A stretch of 64,000 nucleotides of DNA from a virus (IMGVR_UViG_3300032236_001082:48159-112158); one strand, 5' to 3'. Numbered from the stretch's first letter, positions 52,101 to 62,054 are shown. A program made the numbers and translations. The notes: generated by a model from the letters alone, not told the origin.

Positions 52101-53553
52101 TAACATAAAACTTTACATTCTTTCTCATAATATCTTTTAAGACGCTTGATGAGATATTGCTTACGCTAGAAAAAATAGGAACGGGGTTTGTTATATCTCC
52201 CAAAGGAATTCCAGATAGAGTAATAGTAGCGTCATCAGTTACTACAGTTGATATTGGCAAATATGTGTCTTTGCTATCTAATGACTTATTTGTTGCTACG
52301 TCTATTAGATAAGGGGTAAGATCAACTTCTAATCTCGGAGAAACTTCAACCACATTCAAGAGCCCCATATCATTTAAAACGTTTGCATTTGATGTGTTAA
52401 ATACTGTTGCTCTTGCATTTGCGACTAATCCTGTTACGGTAATGCTCTTAATATATACATAGTTTGTTACATCCCCGCTGCTTGTAAACCCTGGCATGGT
52501 TGACCATTTATCTTTAGTCAGAGTATTATTATTTAGATAAAGGATAACCATTCCGTTATCATCTGGAAGTATGGAGTCTGAAATTATCTGAGACCCGTCT
52601 GACTTTGTAACAGTTACTTTTATGCCAGGAACAGAAAGGTATGAGTTAAGCTTTACCACAACCTTGTTCATTGCAATTGGAGTTTGATAAAATCCAGTGA
52701 TTGATGGAGTATCAACATTATCTGATATAAAATATCTATACGAGGATATATCCGTCATTAAGCCATGCTTATAAATTGGAAGAGGGGCTGAGGAATGGAA
52801 GAAGCTTGGAGTTGAGACCACTGGGCTTACTGGCATGTAAAATGGATTAGTAGTGTAAGACTTAAGTAAGCTAGCAGTCTTTACTCTTCTGAAATCATCA
52901 GGAAACACAAAATTATTATTACCAGTTCTTACATAGGATTCACCTGGTCTAAAACCAGCAAATGCTGTTTCTGTAGACCAAACCGATCCGTATGTGTAAT
53001 CAAATGAAGTTGTTGCATATACCTCTGGCTTAGTATAATATACTAATGGGTTTTCTGCAGATGTGCTAAATTTATTAAATATAAGCTGTAAGGTAAATGA
53101 TGATATAGTGTCATTAGCTCCTACATATAATTCTAGCTTGGTCCAGTTATAAGAGTTTGCTTCTACGTTATTTGAGCCAAACTGTCTGCTTACCGACCCT
53201 TTTGCATAAGCATTAACCATTATTGGTGTATTAGATGCTGTTGTAACGTATGTAACAATCTTATATGCTTTAGACAGAGTTTGGGAGGATGGAGTTGCTG
53301 TATATAAAACTTGATCATTAGATCCTGTCATCTGAAAAGAAAAGGTATCAAAATAAGGATGTTTATTAGAATCTGTAACCGCTGTTACCGTGCCAGAAGT
53401 TTTTACTATACTTACGGGAGTTCCATCCCCCGCCACTGTGAGATAGGGGTGATTAAAAACATTTTGATTCCACTCAGCAGAAACTATTGGAAGAAGTTTT
53501 ACTGAATTGGATTTTAAAAAAATATCATTGCTTACACCAGATACGGTTAACAA
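49111..53553 (-). CDS. large minor tail (tail tip/hub) protein
   Basis: Follows TMP/Dit; C-terminal GNPLIEVGDVI hub motif. Confidence 0.8.
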   Translation of the reverse strand: MLTVSGVSNDIFLKSNSVKLLPIVSAEWNQNVFNHPYLTVAGDGTPVSIVKTSGTVTAVTDSNKHPYFDTFSFQMTGSNDQVLYTATPSSQTLSKAYKIVTYVTTASNTPIMVNAYAKGSVSRQFGSNNVEANSYNWTKLELYVGANDTISSFTLQLIFNKFSTSAENPLVYYTKPEVYATTSFDYTYGSVWSTETAFAGFRPGESYVRTGNNNFVFPDDFRRVKTASLLKSYTTNPFYMPVSPVVSTPSFFHSSAPLPIYKHGLMTDISSYRYFISDNVDTPSITGFYQTPIAMNKVVVKLNSYLSVPGIKVTVTKSDGSQIISDSILPDDNGMVILYLNNNTLTKDKWSTMPGFTSSGDVTNYVYIKSITVTGLVANARATVFNTSNANVLNDMGLLNVVEVSPRLEVDLTPYLIDVATNKSLDSKDTYLPISTVVTDDATITLSGIPLGDITNPVPIFSSVSNISSSVLKDIMRKNVKFYVNYNLVDYIDSSYVDQQVNKIIPGGVWYSDTWQQNDIDTVVVQCYDITRYLQSTPVTDYVANFKDAFEVITNILDLTGFTDYDIDSLYSVCYDLNTPLNMDYYFCNSKSSTLIEALNQIFLPYQIGAYIDNYGVMKFLSLSNILKLQQSSTNFDLDQNIVLQNGYTINNKSKPGKISLRYQTPKLKQSLSLQNVTNADIKIGPSYIYTTSNDVVWSQQSVDSVGLNYLASNMAVADSSFSINQADLLDSFHTFNLNNDGYAVIEDEIVSFIYKEYTISQSSNGSVSTTVSVKNDLELAAAVSKFIKDNEIGLIPNVGVIDSATPSTATVKGNTQKTTVYHVSSTATTEVPHPSSSFTVGSLVSVTGMSPESLNMSGQVIATGINSFTLVTGSADSMTAGWTKGRVSKGQDYDVKITPTGKITNINRGLFGTNVSDHKIISDLASKGLSASTVNSSYGIAAQSGNYSIVTTQTDPNNSAVQLPYYYVQANPDINSKVIFYPTSDVDLNYNTYSVKFGLNGTSNLCSGGLFFNATSSSTEGAYFVELVQSDIGTSPNHNYVYGLIVYKIVSGASSIVAYSNVSGTVYNILSNFEKLYKKNASASKADGSDAYTLYSDPHEAFHLRCTLVPFDNASDGEGPVGQSTYDANGALTGNGFALSVFLNNFEIQGWQVKSGNDWVSTDKNSITNLRKKIIVAPTRNTNAKFGAFFSANPPALTGTNDNVPYPASNNFTTKGNVGYLREIYASQKTLKERSVNYYFQDREFLNAMIQGQRTFSLYKEYIMQTQPEIIGINTYDVQYTNGAAVSVDILPVEYAWFYYPGNTLLEQQFLQHQIVDEYSAAYSTPINTGFRAKFAVANNSTHMVYLKKDSDELNAFVVNLNLWTHEIVVPSDPEIIEVVTDQGNVGEVVQLDSSFIQSRDAAGKLLKVVAAGVDNFSKDVTLSIFGNPLIEVGDVIGLTYPLMGINAQKYIVHSVSNNYNNGLTTKLTLNMLNRGINK

Positions 53554-54066
53554 TTAAACCTCCGTAAACTGCATGGTTACATCAACGTAATCCAAGAGCG
53601 TAAGTCTTTTAGCAACTGTATACTGAAAGTTAGTCATGTATACTTGAAGTATTTGATGATTGCCTGTTGTTGGATTTGCTAGCTGAGAGGGAACATGAGC
53701 TGTGCCAGTTGCATTATCTGTAGCAAAGGTTAACTTAAGCCAAACAGGTCTCAATACATATGCATCATAAAATGCTTTCATAAATCCAGCACCCATTTTA
53801 CCGTCTACTGTTGGCTGATAAGTAGGTAGAGAAACTCCAGATTGTGACGTTATAGTTTGAGATGCGGAAGGCACTGCTTGCCAGCTTGTATCATAAATTG
53901 CTTTATTAGCTACAACAAATTTTCTCATAGTTCCGTTTGCCATACGCTGCACTTGTTCAATTCTTTGTGGGGCGTACTGAATAGGCTGGCGGTTATGATC
54001 GGTTAGATCATACCAAGTATTACCATCTAAAGATAATGAAAGACCTGCATTTATACTATAACTCAT
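53554..54066 (-). CDS. distal tail (Dit-like) protein
   Basis: Immediately after TMP; RMANGTMR, terminal F.EV. Confidence 0.7.
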   Translation of the reverse strand: MSYSINAGLSLSLDGNTWYDLTDHNRQPIQYAPQRIEQVQRMANGTMRKFVVANKAIYDTSWQAVPSASQTITSQSGVSLPTYQPTVDGKMGAGFMKAFYDAYVLRPVWLKLTFATDNATGTAHVPSQLANPTTGNHQILQVYMTNFQYTVAKRLTLLDYVDVTMQFTEV

Positions 54067-57000
54067 TAAACCCTCACCGCCATATTTGTTTTATTCATTT
54101 TAGCATCTTTTGTTTGAAGAGCCCTCATTACACCTTCTTGAGCCATTCTTGTAATCTGATGTGGATCAGTTACTCCTTCTGCATTAATTGTAAGGTTAAT
54201 GTTGTAATTTGAGGTATGTCCAAATGTTTCGCTAGCTGGTTTTGCAAATGACATTGCTGCTGCTCCGCCTGCGCTGTATCTTTTGCTATTTAACGCATTC
54301 ATAAATCCAACACCGTATTTAGAAACAGAGCTTGCATTCATAACATACTCTCCGTTTGAAAGCATTGCTGGAATCAAATCAGACTTAGGACCACCTGGTC
54401 CAAATATTGCTCCACCATTAGCTTTTTTAACAGGAACAGCTTCCCAATATGCATGATCTTTTATTCCAGTAAGTTTATATTTTTTACCATCGCTTGCAGT
54501 AAAAACAAATCCTTTTTGATCTGTTTGCGTAAGTTTTCTACGTTGCATATCTATGTCTTGAACCCATAAAGAATCGTTGCCCGACGTTGGAAATACGTCA
54601 GGTGCTCCAAATGAAGCTTGAGCGGAAGTACCAGTAAATGGTACAGCAGTTGCATCAGATGCATTTCCATTTCGATCTGCTGTGTACATTGACTGTTTTT
54701 TACCTCCGCTACCAGCTACTGAATAAGTAAATGATTCCCCTGGTTTTAATCCAAGCATTTTAGAAATATAATCTTTTGCTCCTTGTTGCAAGTTTCCGTT
54801 TGAATTATAAACATTACCCTTACCCAAAGCTGCAGTTAAATCATTAGCTGAAATGAGATGTGATGCGTCATAAGGAGTAGTTTTAGTTCCTGGTGTTGGA
54901 GGGGCACCGAAGCCACCATTTTTTCCAACAAGACCTTCAAGAGCAACTATCTCGGCATTTGTTATTCCAATACCACTTACAGTTCCAGCAGTATTTGCAG
55001 CAACTGCATTTAATGCTGCCTGCTGATCTGACATTGTTTTGTTAAGATCAGCTATTTGAGAAGCTAATGCATCTGACTGTGCTTTTTGAGCATCTATAAC
55101 AGACTGCGCTTTATACTGAGCTGTGTTGGCATTTTGCTGACCAGTTAGCTGTGCAGCTTGAATATAGTTACCACTAATTTCAGCAGTTTTAATTTGGTTA
55201 GTTAAATCTGTTTGCTTGTTTAAATAATCGTTTTGTTGCTTAATTGTATTAAGTCTTTGCTCCTCAGACTTAATTGTTGCATCCAAAACTTTCTTTTGAG
55301 ATTCTAATGCTTTTAACTTACCCTTTTCTGCAGTAAGTACATCCTGTGCGGACTGCACAGATTTAGATGGTTTATTTGCAGCATTTTGTGCAGCTTGTTG
55401 AGCCTTTAAGAACTTGTCAAAATTCTTAGGATCAAAGAAAGTAGTTATGTCTTTTTGAGATTTAAAGTTTCCAACAAAGCTAGTATCTACACCCTTTGAT
55501 TGTAATGTTGCAATCATGCTTAAGAGTGGAATTGTAGATTTTGAATCTCCCATTATTCCTCTTAATTGATTAATAATTGGATCCCAAGTTGTTCCCTGCC
55601 CTGCATTATCTAATGCAAGTTTAAGGGCAATAAGAGCTTTTGTAGGGTCTTGTATTGATTTTGCTAGTGATGGCATTATTTGATCTAGCTTATCTATTGA
55701 TACTGTGCCGTTTTGCGCTGCTGTGATTATGCCCATCAAGCCGTTACCAAAGTTCTTACCATTCTCACTTAAGTCTTTATAACTCTTAGCAGCTCTATCC
55801 TGTACAGTAGTTTGATTTTCCAGCTGCGTAACAAATGTGCCTGTTGCAGTGCCCAAATCTTTTGTTGAATCTGTAATGTCTTTTGTAATCTTTGGGATTA
55901 AAGATGATTTACCAGCATAAGACAGCATAGCTTCTGTTAATAACTTAACCTTATCTGCTGACATACCGCTTAATACTTGAGCTGAGGCAAATGATTTAAT
56001 TGCCTGCTGTGCATCGGTATCATTCATGCCCTTAATAGAATTAGCTACTTCTTTAAATGGATCATTTGACTTAAGCTGGGTTATCTGTAATGCCATCTGG
56101 TCCTTAGTCTTTCCCAGCGAATTATTAAACATATTTATAGCAGCAGTGCTGCCTGTATATGTTTCTTGAACTACTCTAAGGTGATCTTGATGGTCCTTCT
56201 TAACTTTTCCTATCCACCATGATAATGCTTTAACTGCTAATACTGCTCCGCCTATTGCAAGTCCCGCTGGTCCTGAAGCACCAAACATCATGGCAGTTCC
56301 TGCAAGTGAGGCTGCAGAGCCCAAGGCACCCTTTGCTGCACTTATGTCTGTACCGCCAATTTTAGATGGGATAGCGTTAATAGCCATAGGGGCTGCCATG
56401 CCTAAACCAGTTCCAACTGCCATTCGCATGCCACCGCTCATAGAGCTAATTGGGCCAGACCCAGCTTCTCCTCTAAAGTTTCCGTATTTCCAAAAACTTC
56501 CAAGGTTACTTGCTGTTGACGCAAGAAGCTCTCCTCCACCAGCATAGCCAGGTATGTAACCTCCAGAATTCCAACCTTTAAGACCTTTTGTATGAGGAGC
56601 TTTATAGGAGTTATAATGAATACCAAGAGAAGATTTCATGCGTTTTGTTTGTCCACGATATACATCTGAACCAGTATATGAATATACTGGGGATCTTCTG
56701 TGATGTGCACCAATTGAACCACCCTTGGCATATCCAGTAATGCCATGAGCAGAAGCCCAAGGGGAGTTAACCGAATGCAAGAACATGGAACCAGTTTTTG
56801 AATTGCCAGCCATTTTATCAATGCTAATCTTTTTGCCAGTTAATGGGTTGGTGATAACCATAGAGCTAGCACCAGTTGGACCTCTTTGTGCTTCTAACGA
56901 ATTCATACTGATTGTATTAAATGCAGAATTTTGTTTGTTAAAGTCGCTCCACAAACTATATAGATGACTTGTTTGTGGGCTATTTGAAAATTCTCTAATA

Positions 57001-60000
57001 ACTTGATCTGAGACTGCGAAGTAAGGATTATTATTGTCTGTTAGAGCAATGCCATCTTTTTTCATTTGCTCAAGTCTTGCCAAATAACGATTGCTAATTA
57101 AAGTTTTAATTGATTCTGTATCAACGCTAGTTAAAAGCTCTGGGGCTTTCTTTTTGATTTGATCTAGCATGTGGCTTGTTGATCCATAAATATCTTGTGG
57201 GGCCCCGTGTGAAGTTGCATACTCCTTCAACATAGCTATATAGCTATCTACTGCTTGCCCTCTTAATCCTGTATTGGCTAACAAACCGTTTATTTCTTCT
57301 ACTGTTATAGGAAGGCCTTTTTCTCCAACAAGTCCCGCTGCTTCTTTTGCAAAAAGTCCAGTAGGTGGCTTTGCTACTGCAGCAACTATTACGTTACCGC
57401 TAGGGGTTACTATACTTCCATTTGGCAACCTTACGGAACCCTTTGGTATAGGATGATTAAATCTATCATACATATCTGATGCTATACCCTTTATTGAAGA
57501 AGATTTTAAGAACGGAGTTCTCATAGCTTCAATCAAAGCATTTCTTTTTCCAGCACGTGATATATTAAACTTTTCAATTCGTGTTGCTAATTCGGCTTCT
57601 ATCTTTGATAATGGACTATCTACTCCGTATCCGTGCTTTCCACCAAAGATAGATCCTCCAATAGACATACCGCTATTTGCTGCACTTAATAATGGATAGT
57701 TAGCAGCAGTTGTTTGTGGATCGAATACTGTTTCTCCTGGGGTAAGCATAGCCATCATTGTTCCGCCACCGCTGAATCTTGGCAATGAAGCAAGTCCTGG
57801 GTTTCTTTGGCTTCCAGATTTATTTAATACAAAGCCTCCGACAGGAACTCTAGCTAAAACAGTATCTGTATTCCCTTGACCAGGAACAACTGACCCATGC
57901 TGTGACGGATCATAAATTGATCCTCCTGATGCAAAGCCTGGCAATAAACCGCCTAAATTCTTTTTAACAATTGGCAAGAATTTTGCACCTGCGGGAGCTA
58001 ACGTTGTACCAAGTGCAGATATCATAGGAGAATTCATTGCAGATTCTTGTGCTACTGTTAATAGCTTAAACTGATCAGTTAACTTAACAATTTCATTTCT
58101 CAATATTTCAAAAGCTTTTGCATTTGTTGTAATTGCTTCTGGCATTAAATCTATTTGATTTCTTGCTGCAATAACGCTTGTATCTAATTCTTGATAGAAG
58201 TTACGCATTCCATGAAGGCCTGCTAGGAATGCATTTTCTCCTGGCCCCGCATTTTCTAGGCCTTGTCTAAACATTCTTATTGCATTTGCTCCACGCAATA
58301 TGTTACCAATAAGGTTTGAGAATAAACCAACAAGCATGATAACTGGGCCTGCAATTAATAATCCTGCTGCTCCAGTTCCAAATATTTTACCAAGCAAGGA
58401 AGCTGCTGGCCCAAGCATATTTGACAAAGTTTTAAATGCGTTTACAACATGGTTGACAGCTTCACCAATTCTTGTGAATGCCTCTAAGAATGTTCGTCCA
58501 AGTGGAATTAAGTCTGCCTGCAAGCTTGCTTTCATTGTTTGGAATCTTGCTGCTGGAGTACCCTTAGAAGCAACATCCAATTCTTGCTGTGCAACAGCAG
58601 CCAGTTGAGCATTATTATCTTTATAAAGTTCTAGCACCTTTGCGCTTTGAGAACCTGCAGCACCTAGATTTTGAAGAAGTGCTGTTACACGGGCAAATTG
58701 GAACTTACCAAACACTTGCTCAATTGCTTTTAATCTTTCATCTTTTGGCAAAGCGTTTAATGCGGACTGAAGTCCTTCTACCATGCCCATAAGGTTGCCT
58801 CTGTTATTAGCAACTATTTCTTTTAGATTAATGTGTAAAGCTGACAAAGCTTTTGTTGCTGCGGAAGTTGGGTTGATTATAGATGCAAGCATAGACTTAA
58901 TTGCGTTAGCACCTTGTGCAGCAGGAACACCAGATTCTTTTAATGCAACAAGAAGAGCAGCAAAGTCTTTATAAGTTCCACCAAGTTGTTGAATGATTGG
59001 ACCAACACGTGGCAAAGCATCAGTAATGTCTTGCATAGTTGTAGAGGTAGAGTGCTTTGCAGCATTTAAGAAGTTTACTGCTTCTGCAATCTGATTGCCC
59101 TGCAGCTTGAATACGCTTTGAAGTGCAACCATAGATGTAGCAGCTTGGTTAGCAGTTAATCCACCAAGTCTCTGCAATTTAACTGTAGCTTCTGTAGCTG
59201 CTATGAGGTTTTGTCCTTCAAGACCTATAGAAGAAAACGTTTTTGCAACTTCTACAGTATCGGTCATTGCGACACCAAGAGTTCTTGCTAATTTATCAGC
59301 AAGGGCAGTTACCTGCTTTTGAATTAAATCTAATGTTTGTTGTGATTGTACTGTAGCATGAGATCCATAGACCTTTAACATGTCAGTCATCTGTTGATCA
59401 AATTTTAAGTATGCTTGGGATGTTGCTGCTCCAAACATAGCAAGTGGCATTGTTAAACCGACAGTAAGTTGTCGTCCCATCCACTGAGTATTTTTACCAA
59501 AATCAATAAGCTTCATAGAGCCCTGCTGCAGGGCTGTATTTAGAGCTTGTGTTTGGAATATGGCTTTTTCTTCTGCTGTTACAACGCCATTAATATCTGT
59601 AACTAATTTTGCATATCCTGGCTTTAAAGGATCAGCAATTGCAAGTGATCTATTTAATCTAGCTTGTGCTGTAGCTAAAGCGTCTAACTCTGCTGATGTG
59701 CCTTTAGCACTATCCCGCCAAATTTTATAATAGTTGCTTAAGCTAAGTTGACCTCTTGAAAGCTGTTGACCGAACTTGGTAACATTATCAGTCATTGCGA
59801 CTTGCTGAATGTTAAAAGCACGTGTGGAATTTATAGTAGCATCAAATTGCGCTTGAGCATTTTTCATGTCTGCGACTACTGATGTAGTGAAGGGGCCACC
59901 AACAGATGTCTGTTGAAGCGATGTCATCGCTGCCTTTAGTTTGGCTACTTCTGCATATACTTGTTGGAATTGTGCATTCGCAACAATATTTAATTGTATA

Positions 60001-60008
60001 TTATTCAA
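54066..60008 (-). CDS. tape measure protein
   Basis: 1980 aa, helical Ala-rich, TP901-type core, GPG..SD.IPAMLSNGEYV; follows tail chaperones. Confidence 0.95.
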   Translation of the reverse strand: MNNIQLNIVANAQFQQVYAEVAKLKAAMTSLQQTSVGGPFTTSVVADMKNAQAQFDATINSTRAFNIQQVAMTDNVTKFGQQLSRGQLSLSNYYKIWRDSAKGTSAELDALATAQARLNRSLAIADPLKPGYAKLVTDINGVVTAEEKAIFQTQALNTALQQGSMKLIDFGKNTQWMGRQLTVGLTMPLAMFGAATSQAYLKFDQQMTDMLKVYGSHATVQSQQTLDLIQKQVTALADKLARTLGVAMTDTVEVAKTFSSIGLEGQNLIAATEATVKLQRLGGLTANQAATSMVALQSVFKLQGNQIAEAVNFLNAAKHSTSTTMQDITDALPRVGPIIQQLGGTYKDFAALLVALKESGVPAAQGANAIKSMLASIINPTSAATKALSALHINLKEIVANNRGNLMGMVEGLQSALNALPKDERLKAIEQVFGKFQFARVTALLQNLGAAGSQSAKVLELYKDNNAQLAAVAQQELDVASKGTPAARFQTMKASLQADLIPLGRTFLEAFTRIGEAVNHVVNAFKTLSNMLGPAASLLGKIFGTGAAGLLIAGPVIMLVGLFSNLIGNILRGANAIRMFRQGLENAGPGENAFLAGLHGMRNFYQELDTSVIAARNQIDLMPEAITTNAKAFEILRNEIVKLTDQFKLLTVAQESAMNSPMISALGTTLAPAGAKFLPIVKKNLGGLLPGFASGGSIYDPSQHGSVVPGQGNTDTVLARVPVGGFVLNKSGSQRNPGLASLPRFSGGGTMMAMLTPGETVFDPQTTAANYPLLSAANSGMSIGGSIFGGKHGYGVDSPLSKIEAELATRIEKFNISRAGKRNALIEAMRTPFLKSSSIKGIASDMYDRFNHPIPKGSVRLPNGSIVTPSGNVIVAAVAKPPTGLFAKEAAGLVGEKGLPITVEEINGLLANTGLRGQAVDSYIAMLKEYATSHGAPQDIYGSTSHMLDQIKKKAPELLTSVDTESIKTLISNRYLARLEQMKKDGIALTDNNNPYFAVSDQVIREFSNSPQTSHLYSLWSDFNKQNSAFNTISMNSLEAQRGPTGASSMVITNPLTGKKISIDKMAGNSKTGSMFLHSVNSPWASAHGITGYAKGGSIGAHHRRSPVYSYTGSDVYRGQTKRMKSSLGIHYNSYKAPHTKGLKGWNSGGYIPGYAGGGELLASTASNLGSFWKYGNFRGEAGSGPISSMSGGMRMAVGTGLGMAAPMAINAIPSKIGGTDISAAKGALGSAASLAGTAMMFGASGPAGLAIGGAVLAVKALSWWIGKVKKDHQDHLRVVQETYTGSTAAINMFNNSLGKTKDQMALQITQLKSNDPFKEVANSIKGMNDTDAQQAIKSFASAQVLSGMSADKVKLLTEAMLSYAGKSSLIPKITKDITDSTKDLGTATGTFVTQLENQTTVQDRAAKSYKDLSENGKNFGNGLMGIITAAQNGTVSIDKLDQIMPSLAKSIQDPTKALIALKLALDNAGQGTTWDPIINQLRGIMGDSKSTIPLLSMIATLQSKGVDTSFVGNFKSQKDITTFFDPKNFDKFLKAQQAAQNAANKPSKSVQSAQDVLTAEKGKLKALESQKKVLDATIKSEEQRLNTIKQQNDYLNKQTDLTNQIKTAEISGNYIQAAQLTGQQNANTAQYKAQSVIDAQKAQSDALASQIADLNKTMSDQQAALNAVAANTAGTVSGIGITNAEIVALEGLVGKNGGFGAPPTPGTKTTPYDASHLISANDLTAALGKGNVYNSNGNLQQGAKDYISKMLGLKPGESFTYSVAGSGGKKQSMYTADRNGNASDATAVPFTGTSAQASFGAPDVFPTSGNDSLWVQDIDMQRRKLTQTDQKGFVFTASDGKKYKLTGIKDHAYWEAVPVKKANGGAIFGPGGPKSDLIPAMLSNGEYVMNASSVSKYGVGFMNALNSKRYSAGGAAAMSFAKPASETFGHTSNYNINLTINAEGVTDPHQITRMAQEGVMRALQTKDAKMNKTNMAVRV

Positions 60009-60326
60009 TTAGCCCCCTTCCACAACATGTCCAAGTCCAAGTCCGATACCAAAGCCTTCTTGCTGTGCTCTGTAACCCTTAACCTTGGTCACATCTTCTT
60101 GTTCAGAAGAATCTTCTTCTACGTCTACTCCTTGTAGTGCTGCTTGGAATTTTCTTTCTCTTCCTTCTCTTTCACGAGAAGCGTTGAGAATTGCAAGCAA
60201 CTCTTCCATGGACAATGATGATTCAAGATCATCATAGTTCTTCCAGATTCCTAGAAGAAAAACTTCAGATTCTAACGAGGCGAGATCTAGAGATTCCCAG
60301 CTAGATTCGCCCCTTGGAAGTTTGGG
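60009..60326 (-). CDS. tail assembly chaperone, C-terminal (-1 frameshifted) part
   Basis: Frame open from CCCAAAC through ...SWESLDLASLESEVFLLGIWKNYDDLESSLSMEEL... to stop at 60009. Confidence 0.8.
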   Translation of the reverse strand, partial: PKLPRGESSWESLDLASLESEVFLLGIWKNYDDLESSLSMEELLAILNASREREGRERKFQAALQGVDVEEDSSEQEDVTKVKGYRAQQEGFGIGLGLGHVVEGG

Positions 60327-60628
60327 TCGTCATTGTTTAACTTTAATCCGCCCGCTACTTCAAGAATTTTCATGAGTGTTGGGGTTTCAAAATTATCCTC
60401 AAACAAATCTCTATCAGTTGAAAACTCTGGTGCGAACTGCTCCATGCAGATCATTCCAGCAGTAATAAAAACTTCCATTGCTGCTTCATCTGTTTCTGCT
60501 GTACCGTCTTGAATTGGCTTAATTGCCTGCAAGAACTTCTTTAATTTATTTATCTTTAGTGGTTGTACTGTAATTTCTGTACCGTTAGACAACTTGATTG
60601 CAAGTGTGTCATATACTGTTGTTGGCAT
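60287..60628 (-). CDS. tail assembly chaperone (gpG-like)
   Basis: Between major tail protein and TMP; ends DDPNFQ... Confidence 0.85.
   Translation of the reverse strand: MPTTVYDTLAIKLSNGTEITVQPLKINKLKKFLQAIKPIQDGTAETDEAAMEVFITAGMICMEQFAPEFSTDRDLFEDNFETPTLMKILEVAGGLKLNNDDPNFQGANLAGNL
60320..60326 (-). promoter_or_regulatory. -1 programmed frameshift slippery site C CCA AAC
   Basis: X XXY YYZ heptamer in the correct phase, two codons after a TGA in the -1 frame. Confidence 0.75.
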
Positions 60629-60654
60629 TTAATCTCCTTAGTTACCTTATACAA

Positions 60655-60663
60655 ATTATATCA
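60655..60663 (-). promoter_or_regulatory. extended -10 promoter
   Basis: TGATATAAT downstream of the terminator, upstream of AAGGAG. Confidence 0.6.
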
Positions 60664-60680
60664 AAACGACTATATAAAAC

Positions 60681-60714
60681 ATAAATGCCCCCCTTTTTAT
60701 CGGGGGACATTTAT
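60681..60714 (-). terminator. intrinsic terminator after major tail gene
   Basis: ATAAATGTCCCCC/GGGGGGCATTTAT then GTTTT. Confidence 0.75.
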
Positions 60715-60733
60715 TAATTAACTATATTAAGTT

Positions 60734-61459
60734 TTAGAGAGATGAGTAAACTCTGTCAATAATAACGCCATATTCTGCGCCATCATACAAGTCTTTATCA
60801 TCTGGTAAGCATCGGAATTGAACTGGGAATACGGTTGCACCGTCACGCTTTAATGCGTGAGAAGTGGTCTCAACCTGTACTACACGACGTGCAACATATA
60901 CACGCTCTTTTCCAAGAGTTGAAGCATCTACTGGAGAAGCTTCTGTTCCAAGGTTAGCTGGAGCTTGTCCAACTGCTACGATAGAACGTTCTACTGGAGC
61001 GTCACCCAAAGCACCTGCTGCAAGATTGAGCTGTGCATTCTTGTAACCAGCTGTAGCGTTAGCTGCAGGTGTAAACACCTGATCGCTTGAACCTACTGCT
61101 GCGCTATAAGTAACGACTGGATCTGACTGACCGAATACTAAGTGTACGTTTTCAAGGGTACCCTCTGTAAGTTCTGTCTTAAGCATAACCTTAACGGTCT
61201 GCTTGAAAAGTCTAGCTGCGTCCAAAAGTTGATCAACAGTAACTTCACCATAACCTGGCTCGTATGAAACCTCAAGACCAGTATTGGTATATCCAACATC
61301 TCTCCAATTTGAAGAACCGTTTAGATATCCAGCTGCTTTCTGAGCACCCCAAGCTAAGCCTGAGCTATCAATAGTTGTCTGTGGACGATTTGCGTTAGTG
61401 CCTGTAGATACGAATACCTGTGCTGCACCAACAATTACATTTTTTACGTTTGCTGCCAT
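60734..61459 (-). CDS. major tail (tube) protein
   Basis: NVIVGAA, VGYT..G, VDQL, .E.TLEN, F..LPD; position in tail module. Confidence 0.88.
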   Translation of the reverse strand: MAANVKNVIVGAAQVFVSTGTNANRPQTTIDSSGLAWGAQKAAGYLNGSSNWRDVGYTNTGLEVSYEPGYGEVTVDQLLDAARLFKQTVKVMLKTELTEGTLENVHLVFGQSDPVVTYSAAVGSSDQVFTPAANATAGYKNAQLNLAAGALGDAPVERSIVAVGQAPANLGTEASPVDASTLGKERVYVARRVVQVETTSHALKRDGATVFPVQFRCLPDDKDLYDGAEYGVIIDRVYSSL

Positions 61460-61547
61460 TTTTTATTTCACCACCTTTATTTTTTTAAAGTTTGGCTTGA
61501 ATCTTCCTCTTGCTCTAATAATAACATATTAATGCCATAATACGAAC

Positions 61548-62054
61548 TTAGAAGCGTCCATTTGCCCCTGTTTTTCTTGAATAATTATATGAAAATACTA
61601 CGCTGCCTACCTGGTAGTCTCCTTCGTTGCCAAATGGCTCGGGGGAGAAAACCGAGTCTATTACTAAATGGTGGTAAAGGAAATCAGTGTTTCCCTCTAA
61701 GTATTTATTTAGGTCTACAGCACTCTCGTCATATCTTCTAAATAGATCCTGCATCAAGCTTGAAATCTGGTTGATGACCTCATAATTTTGGGATATAATG
61801 GTTAGCGTAAATGACTCTTCTGACATCCACCATTGAACTGGTACCTGCTTTAACTCAAAGTCATAAAGCATATAAGTTCTACCTGGAAGGTAGTCATTAA
61901 ATTCTGGTATTTGCTGTGCTGGGATAATAGGGTTTAATGGTAGTGGCATCCTATCAACATAGTAATCATTCTCATCAAGAATTCCCGCCGTCTGGATTTG
62001 ATCCCATATATAGTTTCTAATATCTGCCGAAGGTTGGCTATTATAATTTGTCAT
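61548..62054 (-). CDS. tail terminator-like protein
   Basis: Position upstream of the major tail gene; IIPAQQ.PE. Confidence 0.6.
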   Translation of the reverse strand: MTNYNSQPSADIRNYIWDQIQTAGILDENDYYVDRMPLPLNPIIPAQQIPEFNDYLPGRTYMLYDFELKQVPVQWWMSEESFTLTIISQNYEVINQISSLMQDLFRRYDESAVDLNKYLEGNTDFLYHHLVIDSVFSPEPFGNEGDYQVGSVVFSYNYSRKTGANGRF

